From NCBI GenBank assembly GCA_001599295.1, contig BCGN01000005.1, forward strand, positions 1,364,001-1,428,000: a stretch of 64,000 nt of DNA. The letters run 5' to 3'. A program made the translations under genes and the position numbers. Shown here piece after piece: positions 1 through 11,237 of the stretch (position 1 is its first letter; each line of letters opens with the position of its first letter). This DNA is from Sporopachydermia quercuum. Its lineage: Eukaryota. The notes below the pieces were generated by a model that searched no databases, was not told the origin of the DNA, and worked only from the letters and a program-made list of their open reading frames with translations.

Positions 1-1
1 A

Positions 2-2008
2 TCCAATACTACTTTGACATATATCTTCCATGCATTGAGCTCTAATATTTCAAGATTGGATAACCCATCTATCATCAAGTACTCTGCTCCATTAATTCTA
101 GCAGCCATAAGAATCCCTTCGTGGTCTAATCGCTCTCCTGCGTTTTCTGCCGGATATGTTTCTTTTGTAAGTGTCTTAACATCAAGCGTTCCCAAATGGT
201 GGCCTGAAGTTGCCAATCATATCATTGCCGAGTTTTCACATTTACCAGTCAGGAGAACATTCAATCATCATGAAATTCTAAGATTTATCATAAAAAACAT
301 ACCCACAGCTGTTTCTGAACTAGTGAACACAGTAATAAGAAACCATTTCCCTCATATCAATAGTGCAGCAAAGGAATTAGTATGCTATGTGGAAAATCTA
401 CTAGCTTTTCTAGAATATGCTGGTGAAATCGGAGGATACAATTCTGTCTGGGGACTGATAATAGAAAGATGTATTGCTCTTGATGTTGAGCTTCAGAATG
501 AGCTGGATGAACTAGATGATGAAGAATTGGATACTGATCTTGACATTGAAATGGGAAATGGCAGTTATAGTGGTAATGATGAGATTGATAGTGATGATGA
601 TAGTGATGATAGTGATGATAGTGATAGCAGCAGTGAAGATGAAAGTGAAGATGAAAGTGAAACTGACCCTGAAGATGAAGATGAAATGAATAGAAGTAAG
701 TTGCTGAACGTGAACACCAAAGCAAATGAATTTTCCAATAGAATAGCAAATAAAACACAGAGTGCAATAGATTTTGACGAAAAGAATGAACAGAATGAAA
801 CAGAGAATGATAGAAACAATGACACTGACGACGATGATGACGAAGACGAAGAAGCTGATGATGATGAAGAGTTTCAAGATGAAGAAGAAATATATCTTAG
901 TAATTCTGTAGCAGATGTGAAGATTTTATCTGAAAAGCTCGATTCTTTAATATTAACACTGTTGAAGTATCTAGATACCAAATTTTCAGATTCACCTGAT
1001 TCTGAATTGTCAGTTACGTTATTCCAATCGTTGCTGTCAATATTCAGTTCCCATATTTTACCTACACATTATACAAGAGCCACACAATACTTAATATTCA
1101 AAATCAGTCAAGCAAAACCTATGTTGATGGATACGTTTCTTGTATCTTTGATTGATGTTGCATTCAGTCCTTCTCAAGCGTTCAACAAGAGAATCAAAGC
1201 CATGCAGTATATTTCCAGTTATATTGCCAGAGCCAAGAAGCTGGACAAAGACCAGATCGTGTTCGTCGTTGAATATTTGGTTAAATGGATGGATAGATAT
1301 ATTACGGAAAGAGAAGGGGAAGTGAATGAAATTCTCCTATTCAATGTACAGAATGCAAACTCTCGCGGTATGGAAAAGTTCAAGATGCTTTATGCTACTT
1401 TCCAGACATTAATGTATATCTTTTGTTTCAGACATGGTATATTAAAACGCGATGAAAACAATGATTCTATGAAAGATTCCAGTGTCTTATTACTTGAAGA
1501 TAAGCAAAGCAAAGGCAGCAATAAGTCCGAATGGTTGGCTAATCTTGATACATTTTTCCAAAGAAGTATTCTTACTAAATTCAATCCTTTGAAATATTGT
1601 AATGAGAATGTTGTTCTGATATTTGCTAAGATAGCTCAGGCAGAAAATCTTGCCTATTGTTTCAGTATTATTGAAAAGAACAAGCGAGAAAGGTTAATGG
1701 GAGCATTGAGTCAGAATCCAATTGGAAGTTCTGGGAATGGTAGTTCTAATGGTTCAAAGGCTGATATTAAGAATATTGGAATGCTGGCTAAGAAGTCTCA
1801 AGCTTCTGATAATGATGTTAGTATTTCAACTGTTGGAACCAATACTGGATCCTATATGTTCTCTCAAAGACAAGAGTTTATTGACATTGAAGCATATTTC
1901 CCTTTTGATCCTTTATACTTGCGTGATTGTAAGAAGTTGATCGATGACTATTACATTGAATGGAGTGATGTTGAAGGCGACATGTCTTCGGATGATGATT
2001 CTGAGTAG
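2..2008 (+). CDS. RRN3: RNA polymerase I transcription initiation factor Rrn3 (5' end outside window)
   Basis: Frame is open from the window start. Motifs ILPTHYTRATQYLIF, YISSYIARAK, YIFCFRH, KFNPLKYCNENV and YFPFDP match the Rrn3/TIF-IA family. Contains a long acidic insert. Confidence 0.93.
   Translation, partial: SNTTLTYIFHALSSNISRLDNPSIIKYSAPLILAAIRIPSWSNRSPAFSAGYVSFVSVLTSSVPKWWPEVANHIIAEFSHLPVRRTFNHHEILRFIIKNIPTAVSELVNTVIRNHFPHINSAAKELVCYVENLLAFLEYAGEIGGYNSVWGLIIERCIALDVELQNELDELDDEELDTDLDIEMGNGSYSGNDEIDSDDDSDDSDDSDSSSEDESEDESETDPEDEDEMNRSKLLNVNTKANEFSNRIANKTQSAIDFDEKNEQNETENDRNNDTDDDDDEDEEADDDEEFQDEEEIYLSNSVADVKILSEKLDSLILTLLKYLDTKFSDSPDSELSVTLFQSLLSIFSSHILPTHYTRATQYLIFKISQAKPMLMDTFLVSLIDVAFSPSQAFNKRIKAMQYISSYIARAKKLDKDQIVFVVEYLVKWMDRYITEREGEVNEILLFNVQNANSRGMEKFKMLYATFQTLMYIFCFRHGILKRDENNDSMKDSSVLLLEDKQSKGSNKSEWLANLDTFFQRSILTKFNPLKYCNENVVLIFAKIAQAENLAYCFSIIEKNKRERLMGALSQNPIGSSGNGSSNGSKADIKNIGMLAKKSQASDNDVSISTVGTNTGSYMFSQRQEFIDIEAYFPFDPLYLRDCKKLIDDYYIEWSDVEGDMSSDDDSE
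586..626 (+). repeat. Imperfect GATAGTGAT coding microsatellite (Asp/Ser tract in RRN3)
   Basis: Tandem gatagtgat(gat) units encoding DSDDDSDDSDDSDS. Confidence 0.75.
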
Positions 2009-2844
2009 AAGCAGTCTGGACTTTGCCAATGAAAACCCTTGGTTGTAAAACTGCAACCTAGCTCAGTAAAAATCACTACGTACTGTCAATTCATAGTTAA
2101 AGTAAGTTATGATTCTGTGATAGCGGATACCTATTAAAAGATTTTAATGAACATATATACAAGCATAAATGATCAAACTGTAGTGTCAATAAGGAGTATT
2201 GTCATTTCCTATAATGTCAAGGATATTGGACCAAATCCAAATTGATTATATTTCATATTCAATTATCTTTCAATGATTTATTGTTTGTTTATCCGGTCCG
2301 TTCCCCTATCCTATCCCCATATGTAAATTTCCATCACTTGACTTCATTTACAGAACCCCTGATATAAGACACATAGCTTATCTTGCGAAACCCCTCTTTC
2401 CCCACAAACATCATAAATTTCCTCAAAAACCAAAAAGGGCAAGAATTAGCTGTTGCGAATGATGATCGATTTCTTTGTGATTTGCAAGATTGCAAACTGA
2501 AGTACAAAACTGTAATTCGTCTTTCGCCAGCAGAAAATCCAAACGACGACTATTTATGTATTGTGATTATTGATATTGCTTTCTCATAGCTACAACCTGG
2601 TATAAGAATAGCATTTGTCAACGTGTTTCATGCTATATGCTATACGGAATACATTAGTTGGAAGCTTGGGTGAATGGAACTGAAGACATTTTTTAGTACA
2701 AAGCCGCATCAAACGAAACGGATATTGTTAAAGACAAAGGAAGAGGATAAAGTGGTCAAAGCAGTAGATATAGTTGTTTGGTTGGAATACAATTTACAGT
2801 GACAGTTCTTGATCCACCCAGAATTTTACACGCAGTGGCGCATA

Positions 2845-5016
2845 ATGGGCAGAAAACAACGGAGAACAAGAGCACCATATCGTCGTTACACGGGATTAGG
2901 TGTTATCGGTGCCAACGGGCAAACTGAAGACTCGAATTCAGAAGATGAACAAGGTGACGAAAAAGAAATAGATGGAAATGACGCCAGTACCAGCATATGC
3001 AATGAAGACAATGTCATGGTAAATTTAGCCCAGGTTCAAAGAGAAATCAATCAGCTCAAACTTGTTGATCTGATCAGTGAAGGAAATAGTAATAAACTGG
3101 TAAAGTTGGTTGAAATAAATAACCAACATGGGAAAACTAAGGCTGCCATGTCTTTTGTATATGCTGGTACTGGTAAGAAGAACGTACGAAACAGTAATTA
3201 TGATTACTTTGTTAAAAATAAAAATGCTGTATTGAACACAGCAACATTTGGAGTTCCGCAATCAGACTTAGATATTGAGGAAGTAGTGTATAATAATGCA
3301 CTGACTGATCATGACAGCTACTACAAGCCTAAGATAAATGATAAGATATCAGGGAAACAGAAAGACAAGGGAAAATCAAAGGCAAGTAAAGGAAACAACA
3401 AAAATAGCGCAAACCCTTCAATGAGTAAGGCAAAAATAGCTCGACTCGATAGTAAGAACTTTAACAACAATTTGTATGGCGCGTCAAAGTATGATGATGT
3501 TTATTACAAGTATTTGCTCAATCAAAGAACTGAAAACTGGAAAGGTGCCTCTTTTGAGAAGGTGGACGTTCTTTCTGTGGCTTTAGATGGTAAGGAAAAA
3601 GGCGAAGTTGCAAAATCAGAGAGTATATGTTCTGAAACGATGTTTCGAGAAAAGCCTTCCATTACAGATCTGCCGCTGGAACTTATGGAGAAAGTGTTTC
3701 GGTATTTGCCTCAACCGTTTGATACCAATCTGTTGTTTGTTTGTCGAGCTTGGTATCAAGTTGGGGTATCGTTGTTGTACGAGTATCCTACATTGAACTC
3801 AAGAAACTATCTAAAGTTTATTCAAGTGCTTTCACTCACAGGCTCTGAACGACATAGAGCAAACGAAATAGCTGGAATGGTACGTCATTTGGATTTAAGG
3901 TACATAATCCAATCAGGGAAAAATTCATTCAATGCTAAACTTTTGAAGAGGTGCTGCAAAACATTAGAATCCTTCTTTGCACCTCAAACATCGTTTGGAT
4001 ATGCTCCCTTAATTGCATTGAAACATTGTCATAAATTGCGATTACTTGACCTATCATTAGTCTCAGAAACAGTAGAGCTAAAGGAACTTTTTCTTGCTAT
4101 TGAATCACTGAAGAATCTTACTGGGTTGTATTTTCCAAGATCATCTGTTTCTTGTCAGTTTGACTTCTCTACACTTTCTTGGCCCCCTAATTTAACACAT
4201 TTGAAGCTGTCTGGTGGTATCTCAGATAAATTTATCTCGCAAACTAATTTCCCTGCCACAATATCTCACCTCGAATTATGTCATTGTCCATATCTCAATG
4301 CTGATTCTATATATACTTTATTCAAGAAGATAGGTCCATCTTTGACTCATTTGACAGTTATGTTTCCCATGCCATGTTTAGAAGCAGATTCATTGAACGA
4401 AGTTCTACTTTGGTGTCCTAATTTGAGATATTTATGTGTGACAGTCGACTATATTACTCGAAGAATATTTTCGAATATAAGAGTTGCACCTTATTATCAA
4501 GCAATCATTGATGCTGAAGATGCTGCAATTGGTGTTTCAGGAAACGAAGTTGAAAACGACGGTGAAAGTGAAGGTGAACGTGAGAATGGTGATTTAGCTT
4601 CATCTGTTGATTCTTTGTCCATATATTCCGATGACCTATATTCTTCCAATTCGTCGTTAGGAATTGGTAATGAGTTTGACTCCTCTGACGGACGATCAAA
4701 TGGAGAGAACCTAGAATTTTCTAGTTATTCAATGAATAAGCCTCCTGATGCTAACTGTTCTATTTTGAATAATACAGTGTTTGAACATAAAGTGGGACAT
4801 CCGCTTGAAACTTTTCATTTGGAATCATCCGGTATGCTTGGACAATCTTTGAAAATATCACCTGATGATATAACGTTAGCATTATTAGATTATAAGCTAC
4901 CTCATTTGAGAAAAGTAACAATCAGTTATAATCTAGGATGGAGAAAGGACTCTGAGGAAGTTGGTGAATTGGCGGATGTTTTGGAAGAAAAGCAAGGAGG
5001 ATTGTGGATTTTATGA
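2845..5016 (+). CDS. F-box / leucine-rich-repeat protein (resembles the yeast YLR352W family)
   Basis: First ATG at 2845. F-box-like ITDLPLELMEKVFRYL...LFVCRAWY followed by LRR-like units (LRLLDLS, LTGLYFP, LTHLKLS, ISHLELC, LRYLCVT). Confidence 0.8.
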   Translation: MGRKQRRTRAPYRRYTGLGVIGANGQTEDSNSEDEQGDEKEIDGNDASTSICNEDNVMVNLAQVQREINQLKLVDLISEGNSNKLVKLVEINNQHGKTKAAMSFVYAGTGKKNVRNSNYDYFVKNKNAVLNTATFGVPQSDLDIEEVVYNNALTDHDSYYKPKINDKISGKQKDKGKSKASKGNNKNSANPSMSKAKIARLDSKNFNNNLYGASKYDDVYYKYLLNQRTENWKGASFEKVDVLSVALDGKEKGEVAKSESICSETMFREKPSITDLPLELMEKVFRYLPQPFDTNLLFVCRAWYQVGVSLLYEYPTLNSRNYLKFIQVLSLTGSERHRANEIAGMVRHLDLRYIIQSGKNSFNAKLLKRCCKTLESFFAPQTSFGYAPLIALKHCHKLRLLDLSLVSETVELKELFLAIESLKNLTGLYFPRSSVSCQFDFSTLSWPPNLTHLKLSGGISDKFISQTNFPATISHLELCHCPYLNADSIYTLFKKIGPSLTHLTVMFPMPCLEADSLNEVLLWCPNLRYLCVTVDYITRRIFSNIRVAPYYQAIIDAEDAAIGVSGNEVENDGESEGERENGDLASSVDSLSIYSDDLYSSNSSLGIGNEFDSSDGRSNGENLEFSSYSMNKPPDANCSILNNTVFEHKVGHPLETFHLESSGMLGQSLKISPDDITLALLDYKLPHLRKVTISYNLGWRKDSEEVGELADVLEEKQGGLWIL

Positions 5017-6700
5017 ACTTTTTTGTTTAGTTTGTTTTGGTATGGTTGTTTTATATTGTTGCTTTAATAGGACTTGGTTAGTTGCGGGTATCTATATCTT
5101 TTTTATTCGATGATTGATACGGATGTTATTTATTGGGGATTTCATGGATATGGTAATGTTTTGGAAAGAAAATATGTGGAGATTGAAATAGTAAAATATA
5201 AGAAGAAAAAAAGTGGAAATTTTACTATTGAAACTTTGGATTTATGGATAATTAGATGTGTTGTTAACACCAAAAGACTTTCAAAGGAGAAACAAGCGTG
5301 GAAAAAAATTGAAAACGAAGAATTGAAAGTACTAAATTATATATCATTGATGAAAATATAGTAATGCAATCGAAATTGCGCGAAGATAATTGTAGATAGT
5401 TGGGAAAAGTGTGTTCAAGACCATTCACATACATTGAATGACAGTCAGAGGTTGGAAGGTAATTCGTTACTTCAATAGTTGATGTAAATAACGCAAGTGC
5501 GAGATAACAGTTAAAGCTTACAGTCTTCTTGCTTACTTTATGAAGTGGTTCTTTCTATCCAGACTCCTCTTCATTGATAATGTTGTTATTGTTCAACAGT
5601 ACATATGATGACCGTTAAAGATGCAGGAACATCGATCATTGAGTAATCTAAAATGATGGTAATGAATGAGAGAAGATAAATTCCAGTAAAAAGAAATTTA
5701 GTTTATTAATAAGAGTAATCTGTCTGAAGTTGAATCGTACTGAATATTTAAGAAATATGAAAAGTTTCAATATCTGTATATTCATGTTTCCAGATATACA
5801 TACAAATATGTATAGAAATAGATGGATGATGCATAATACTGCATTATTATGCATCATTGGTAGATGGGAGTTAGGTAGCATTGTGGTGGTTATCAAAAGC
5901 AATTAAAAGCTAGCTTCAGAGTTTCAAATAAATCATGTAGCATAATTGAGTATGTATAACGCCCCTGGAGATGTCAAGTTTTGTTTAGAAAATTCTCTTT
6001 TTGATTGTACACTTAAAAATCAAATTCAAGTACGTATGTCCATAATTCAGAGCACCTTGAGGCTCCAGGGTTGAAATCAGATTTTTTACTCTCATATGCC
6101 CTAANGTTTTAGTGAGTTCTCTTTATTTTCGCAATGTTTTTTTTGACACTAACACTAACAGATTCTCAACTAGAAATTGTTATCAAATAGCAAATGTAAT
6201 TATTTTTAAACCAGCCATTTACTAATATTTTTTACCCATAGCTCCTTATTCTCCAGAGGTCGTTTTAACCACGTGACTATCATCTTGTAAGCTAGCTGTC
6301 AATGGCTTGCATTATCCCGCATGCTAACTCTTTAAACCTTATTTCATCTACCATATTTTCTTCTCTAGCAGAATTTCCATACATAATAGAATCACTCGAG
6401 TGAAACGAGAACCATCAATACTAAATATTGATTATCTATTGTTTTAACGTTCTGTAAACTAAGCAATCTTCCGTAAGAATCAATGATTCTATTTGAATAA
6501 ACCAGCAGGTTAAATAAGTGCTTAAAATTATAAGGGTTTACTTTTTGATAGCTATCGCTCATTGGCTGAACTGTACTGAACCTGTCTGTATTCAACTGTT
6601 CATTTGATTCCATTTAATCCTCGTTAATAATTTTACTAATGAGAGAATCAGATTTCCCTTTTTAATGATCAATACTTAATACCTCATTTTATAACCAGTA

Positions 6701-8359
6701 ATGGATCAACATAACAATTCTTCAGGTTACCAAAACCAAAGAAACAGGAACCCCCAGGGCAACAACAGTCCATATAGGCAATCAGCACCCCAGCAATATT
6801 CATCACCTTCATATTCGTATTCAAATTCAAACGCACGATCCACGACTCATTATAGTTCTAATCCTCAATCATATCAGAAATCACCAGCTTCGTATAACAG
6901 GCCATACTCTAGAGAAAGGAACTTTGACAGGCATGATAGGTCATATGATAATAAAGGAACCCTATGGATGGGTGAACTAGATCCACAATTTACTGAAGCA
7001 GACATCAAGAGGATATGGTCATCCTTAGGCTATGATGATATTGCTGTGAAATTGATAAGAGATAAAACGACTAGTTTTGGTACAGGGTATTGTTTTATCG
7101 AGTTTGGCTCAAGTAGTATTGCTCAAAAAGCTATAACGTTGAATGGAAGTGTCATACCTGGTTCATCCAAAATTCTTAAGTTAAACTGGGCTAGTGGGAA
7201 TGCAAACAGCAGTTCAAATCCTCCTCAAGGACCATCAGGAGGCAATTACAATAATGCAGCAGGAGGGTTACCAACAGGTCCATCTAGTTCATCATATAGA
7301 CCTGGAGGAGGATCACGTGAAGGTCCTGAATATTCAATTTTTGTTGGAGACACTGGTTCTGAGGTCACAGAAAACATGCTACTAGATGAATTCAGAAAAA
7401 AGTTCCCGTCTACGAAATCGGTTAAAATAATGACGGATCCAAGTACTGGAGCTTCTAGAGGCTATGGTTTTGTTAGATTCAGTGACGAAGTTGAAATGCA
7501 GCAAGCATTGGTGGAAATGCAAGGTAAATATATCGGCTCAAGACCTATTCGTGTATCTACAGCTGTCCCCAAAGGAAGATCAAGTGCTACAGCTGGTTCC
7601 GCATCCGGATTTCCTCCTCCTAACAATCACCGTACATTCAATCATAACATCAAAGAGAGAGAAGGGGTCCCGACTGGTCCTAAAGGTGCCACGCCAGCAT
7701 ACTCTCAATCTCCAGTATCTTACCAAACAATTGCTACTAATCTTGCTGCACCATTAACGTCATATCCTGCTATCAACCAGTATACTGACCCCAATAACAC
7801 CACTATATTTGTAGGAGGTTTAGCTGTTTCCGTTACTACTAGAGAGCTTGAGGAGTACTTCAGTTCTTTCGGCAGTATCAACTATGTGAAAGTTCCTCCA
7901 GGAAAAGGCTGTGGATTTGTTCAATACTTCACCAGAGAATCAGCCGAGCGAGCAATCAGAGCAATGCAAGGTTATGTTATTGCAAATAACAGAATAAAAC
8001 TTAGTTGGGGTAAAGCTGGTGTTGTCTCTGCTAATGGTTATAGTGCCAATGTAGCAGGTGGTGCTAGCTCTGCCTCTTTAGCATATAAACCCGGGCCTAT
8101 GTTACCGTATGGTGTAATGTATGGGAATATTTCTGTTGACAAAGTCAAAGGAGCAGTTGTTCCCGTGACAGAAAATTTCAAAGGCACTCATGATGATAAT
8201 GCTCTTGGTATTGTTGCTAGTGCACACGAGATATTCACTGGTGACTTATTATCACATTTCGAAGAGTATTCAGAGCCAAGTTTGCCTGGAAGATTCAATG
8301 AGGTGTTGCTACAGGAAAGAGAGAGAAGATATGAGAGATTAGCAATGGAAAATGATTAG
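6701..8359 (+). CDS. NAM8: Triple-RRM RNA-binding protein, Nam8/Ngr1 (TIA-1-like) family
   Basis: Three RRMs: TLWMGELDP...GYCFIEF, YSIFVGD...RGYGFVRF and TDPNNTTIFVGGL...GKGCGFVQY. NAM8 versus NGR1 assignment is not certain. Confidence 0.8.
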   Translation: MDQHNNSSGYQNQRNRNPQGNNSPYRQSAPQQYSSPSYSYSNSNARSTTHYSSNPQSYQKSPASYNRPYSRERNFDRHDRSYDNKGTLWMGELDPQFTEADIKRIWSSLGYDDIAVKLIRDKTTSFGTGYCFIEFGSSSIAQKAITLNGSVIPGSSKILKLNWASGNANSSSNPPQGPSGGNYNNAAGGLPTGPSSSSYRPGGGSREGPEYSIFVGDTGSEVTENMLLDEFRKKFPSTKSVKIMTDPSTGASRGYGFVRFSDEVEMQQALVEMQGKYIGSRPIRVSTAVPKGRSSATAGSASGFPPPNNHRTFNHNIKEREGVPTGPKGATPAYSQSPVSYQTIATNLAAPLTSYPAINQYTDPNNTTIFVGGLAVSVTTRELEEYFSSFGSINYVKVPPGKGCGFVQYFTRESAERAIRAMQGYVIANNRIKLSWGKAGVVSANGYSANVAGGASSASLAYKPGPMLPYGVMYGNISVDKVKGAVVPVTENFKGTHDDNALGIVASAHEIFTGDLLSHFEEYSEPSLPGRFNEVLLQERERRYERLAMEND

Positions 8360-8820
8360 GAATTGGAAGCTGAGAGTTAATCAATTATTATTACGGTAGT
8401 AGTCGTATTTGTTTTCAAGTGTAGCATGCTCAGAAGCATCAATAAGGTCAAGAATATGTATAATTATCATGTTTCAGTATCAAGCAATATAGGCAGTGGG
8501 TACTTGATTTGCTTCGCAGCTTAGTATAATGAGTATACACGGAATATAGATGTAAATCATGAGCATGTCAATCACCTTTTGCTATCTTTTCTATGTAGCT
8601 TATTGCTCCACGGTATTAGATCACGGTACCGGTGATGAAAAACCAGTAGGAGTCAAAAGAAAATACAATCTACCAGTCTATAGTATCTATTATGCACTGT
8701 CTTTTCATGCATTTTATACCATTTTTCAATTAATCTAACATCATAAGTATCCTTCTTATAACGCCATAAATTATAAATAATGCTCAATTAATTAACAACA
8801 AAAACTAATCAAAATGCCAT

Positions 8821-9516
8821 TTATTCTTCGTCAACAGAATCAATTCGGGCCTACAGTTCATGTTAGTACACCTAATTATCAATCTTAAAAAAACTATCAC
8901 CAGTATCAACAATTTCTTTTACACTGGACCTTATATCTTGTAAAATAATACTTACTGCTAGGTATTCAGCTTCTTCGGCATCTCTAGCACCCAAAGCCTT
9001 TGATAAACCTCCATAAGGATAATTTCTTCTCAAACCGGGATGTTCAGGATAGAAGAAAAAGTAGACAAAAGTGCTGAATCCTGCAACACATAGGAAGAAA
9101 GTCGAAATGTACCTAAGTGCTGTTTTATCAGGAACAAAATCATACACATCAGGTGCCCATATGTGGAGCAGATCATAATTTTCGTGAACTCGCTCACCGA
9201 AATTTCTTCTTTGTTGACGATTGTCATACTTTCCATATTTATCTTTTAAACCATAGAACTCTTTCTTGCCATTCTTGTAATTACCAGTTAATTCTGGTTC
9301 TGATTCTGGCACATAAGGTAACTTGCCATAATATCTAATGCTTGATAATTGTGGAGTAAGACATAAAGAAGTTGCTCTTCTTGAGCTTCTAAATGTAGAT
9401 GAAATTGTAGATGGTGATGCTGTCAAAGGTTTCAATGATACTTGATAGTTAGAAGAAACCAATGGTTTGATGCTTCCTTGAGCTCTTAAAGCTCTCGTTA
9501 TGCTTCGTGAAATCAT
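8821..9516 (-). CDS. NADH:ubiquinone oxidoreductase subunit NDUFB8/ASHI (2 exons: 9516-8956, 8850-8821)
   Basis: Arg/Ser-rich mitochondrial presequence, YDNRQQRRNFGERVHE motif, one TM segment, then RNYPYGGL. Intron 8955-8851 has GTAAGT, TACTAAC and TAG; splicing gives a C-terminus of ...YLAARIDSVDEE*. Confidence 0.85.
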
Positions 9517-11237
9517 TGTTGAATTATGAATCTTCTCCGGTGACAGTACAGTCTGTTTAACTTTATAATGAAATTGACCTTTTCTGCTGAATCTTTGTTG
9601 AAATCCTCAGAGCTAAATCGTCTACTGGGCGGAGAAGTGCTGATGATGTGTATTAATATAATTGATAGCGGACTGCTCTTTGATGGTGATAATATACAAC
9701 TGAATGTGAGCTCCAATGCAACTGAAAGAATGGGCTGTATTATATCTTCACAAGCTTCTTCTCTAGAAATAAATAAAAAAAAGTAATAGGTTCCAAATGC
9801 TCCTATTTGCAGCGTCAAGTACAAACACAATCCTAAGAATTCCACTGTTGTATTTTATTCAGTCTGAAGGAAATATATATTTGTTTGAATGAAGAGTGAG
9901 ATGCGAATTTCGCATTGTGATTAAAACGACTTGAAAATGATATGATTGGTTTATTTAGAATTAATGATTACGTAATAGTAAAGCATTTATGAAACCACAC
10001 CCGTACATCATTAAAACCTGGGGGGAGGGTGAGAGACTAAAAATGGAAAAATATACTAAGGTTTCTCCAACTGCGCTACCAGCTGCACGAAGTACATGAA
10101 GTGGAAAATTTGAAGATTGGTTGATGGGAAGAGAATCAAAGTGAAATATGGATTAATGGTTACTTTGGGGACTTTCATACTTATATAATGTCCCAATAAT
10201 AGTTTTNATTAGAGAGCCTGGTGCTTAGACTGTGCCAAAGAGAATGTGAAAGAGTTGAGGGCAAGAATTGATTGTTGCGAGTGTCATTATTCATGTCACG
10301 AATCCTTGGGTTCTAGCGAGTCCTTTGATGAGGAAGAATGGCATTTATAATTTGTGTTTTTACAGCATATACGATACTTCAATTTAAACTTCTGAACATT
10401 TTAATGCATTGTAGGTATAATTATATCTATCAACATATCCTTCTCGCTTGATAATTTGACAATCTTTGGAATACACCATGTCCTATCCTATAATGAACAT
10501 TTTTCACTCGGGAACGCGTTCGNAGTTAAAGTTTATGCATATCCATGCGTTGTGGGATTTCAATCAAATTAGTTCCATCGTTGGTAATAGCATATCGTCT
10601 CTTACAAACTTTGTAAAGCACAAACTCAAAAATAATTCTTTNCAGTAAAACATTTTGCTTCATTATACCAAATATTATTTTCAACTAAGTATTCAACTTC
10701 AAAATCTCCATATCCTCTTCAACTCCTCTTCAAGTCTTCCCATGCATCAATGATGCACTATCTCAAACATTGCATAATCATGCATCAATCGCCACGAATT
10801 TCATTGCAGAACTTTCTGAACCTTTTGATACTTCACTTGTTTCTTTCTCACTTTTAATCAACCAGGAACCAATCAATGATTTATATACTAACGTTTTATT
10901 ACATCAGAATCTCAATATATCTTTGAAATTTTGGTAATAGAATCAACGTATTGAGAGGATTCTTTTGATACCTAGTTCGAGATAAGTAATATATTTATTC
11001 ACCTTGTTATTTACAAGAATATTACATCTTTCTGTACACTACTTCTAGGAGTCATGACACTATAAATGCCAAATGATCATTTGTTAATGAATTAATGGCT
11101 TACAGTACGATTTTTACAGCGTTAATTGAAAGAAGCTCAGTAAAGTACACTGGCATTAATATCTNCCTATATTTTCTGCTCAATTTCAATAATTTTGTAT
11201 ATATTAATATTGAATCACTTGTGAACTCTTCTCACAG

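Noticed and set aside
357..877. Antisense ORFs rich in His, Ile or Ser inside RRN3, and similar shadow ORFs in SWR1, SEC7, FAS2, BDH and STM1
   Set aside because: Mirror frames of low-complexity or codon-biased real genes, with no independent protein features.
8872..8955. ORF-track C-terminal extension of NDUFB8; likewise the N-terminal extensions of STM1 (45649) and the WOPR gene (61454)
   Set aside because: Intron read-through or non-ATG starts; the spliced or ATG-initiated models fit better.
10748..10820. Possible box C/D snoRNA (ATGATG...CTGA) upstream of SWR1
   Set aside because: Imperfect C box, no terminal stem and no recognisable rRNA-antisense guide.
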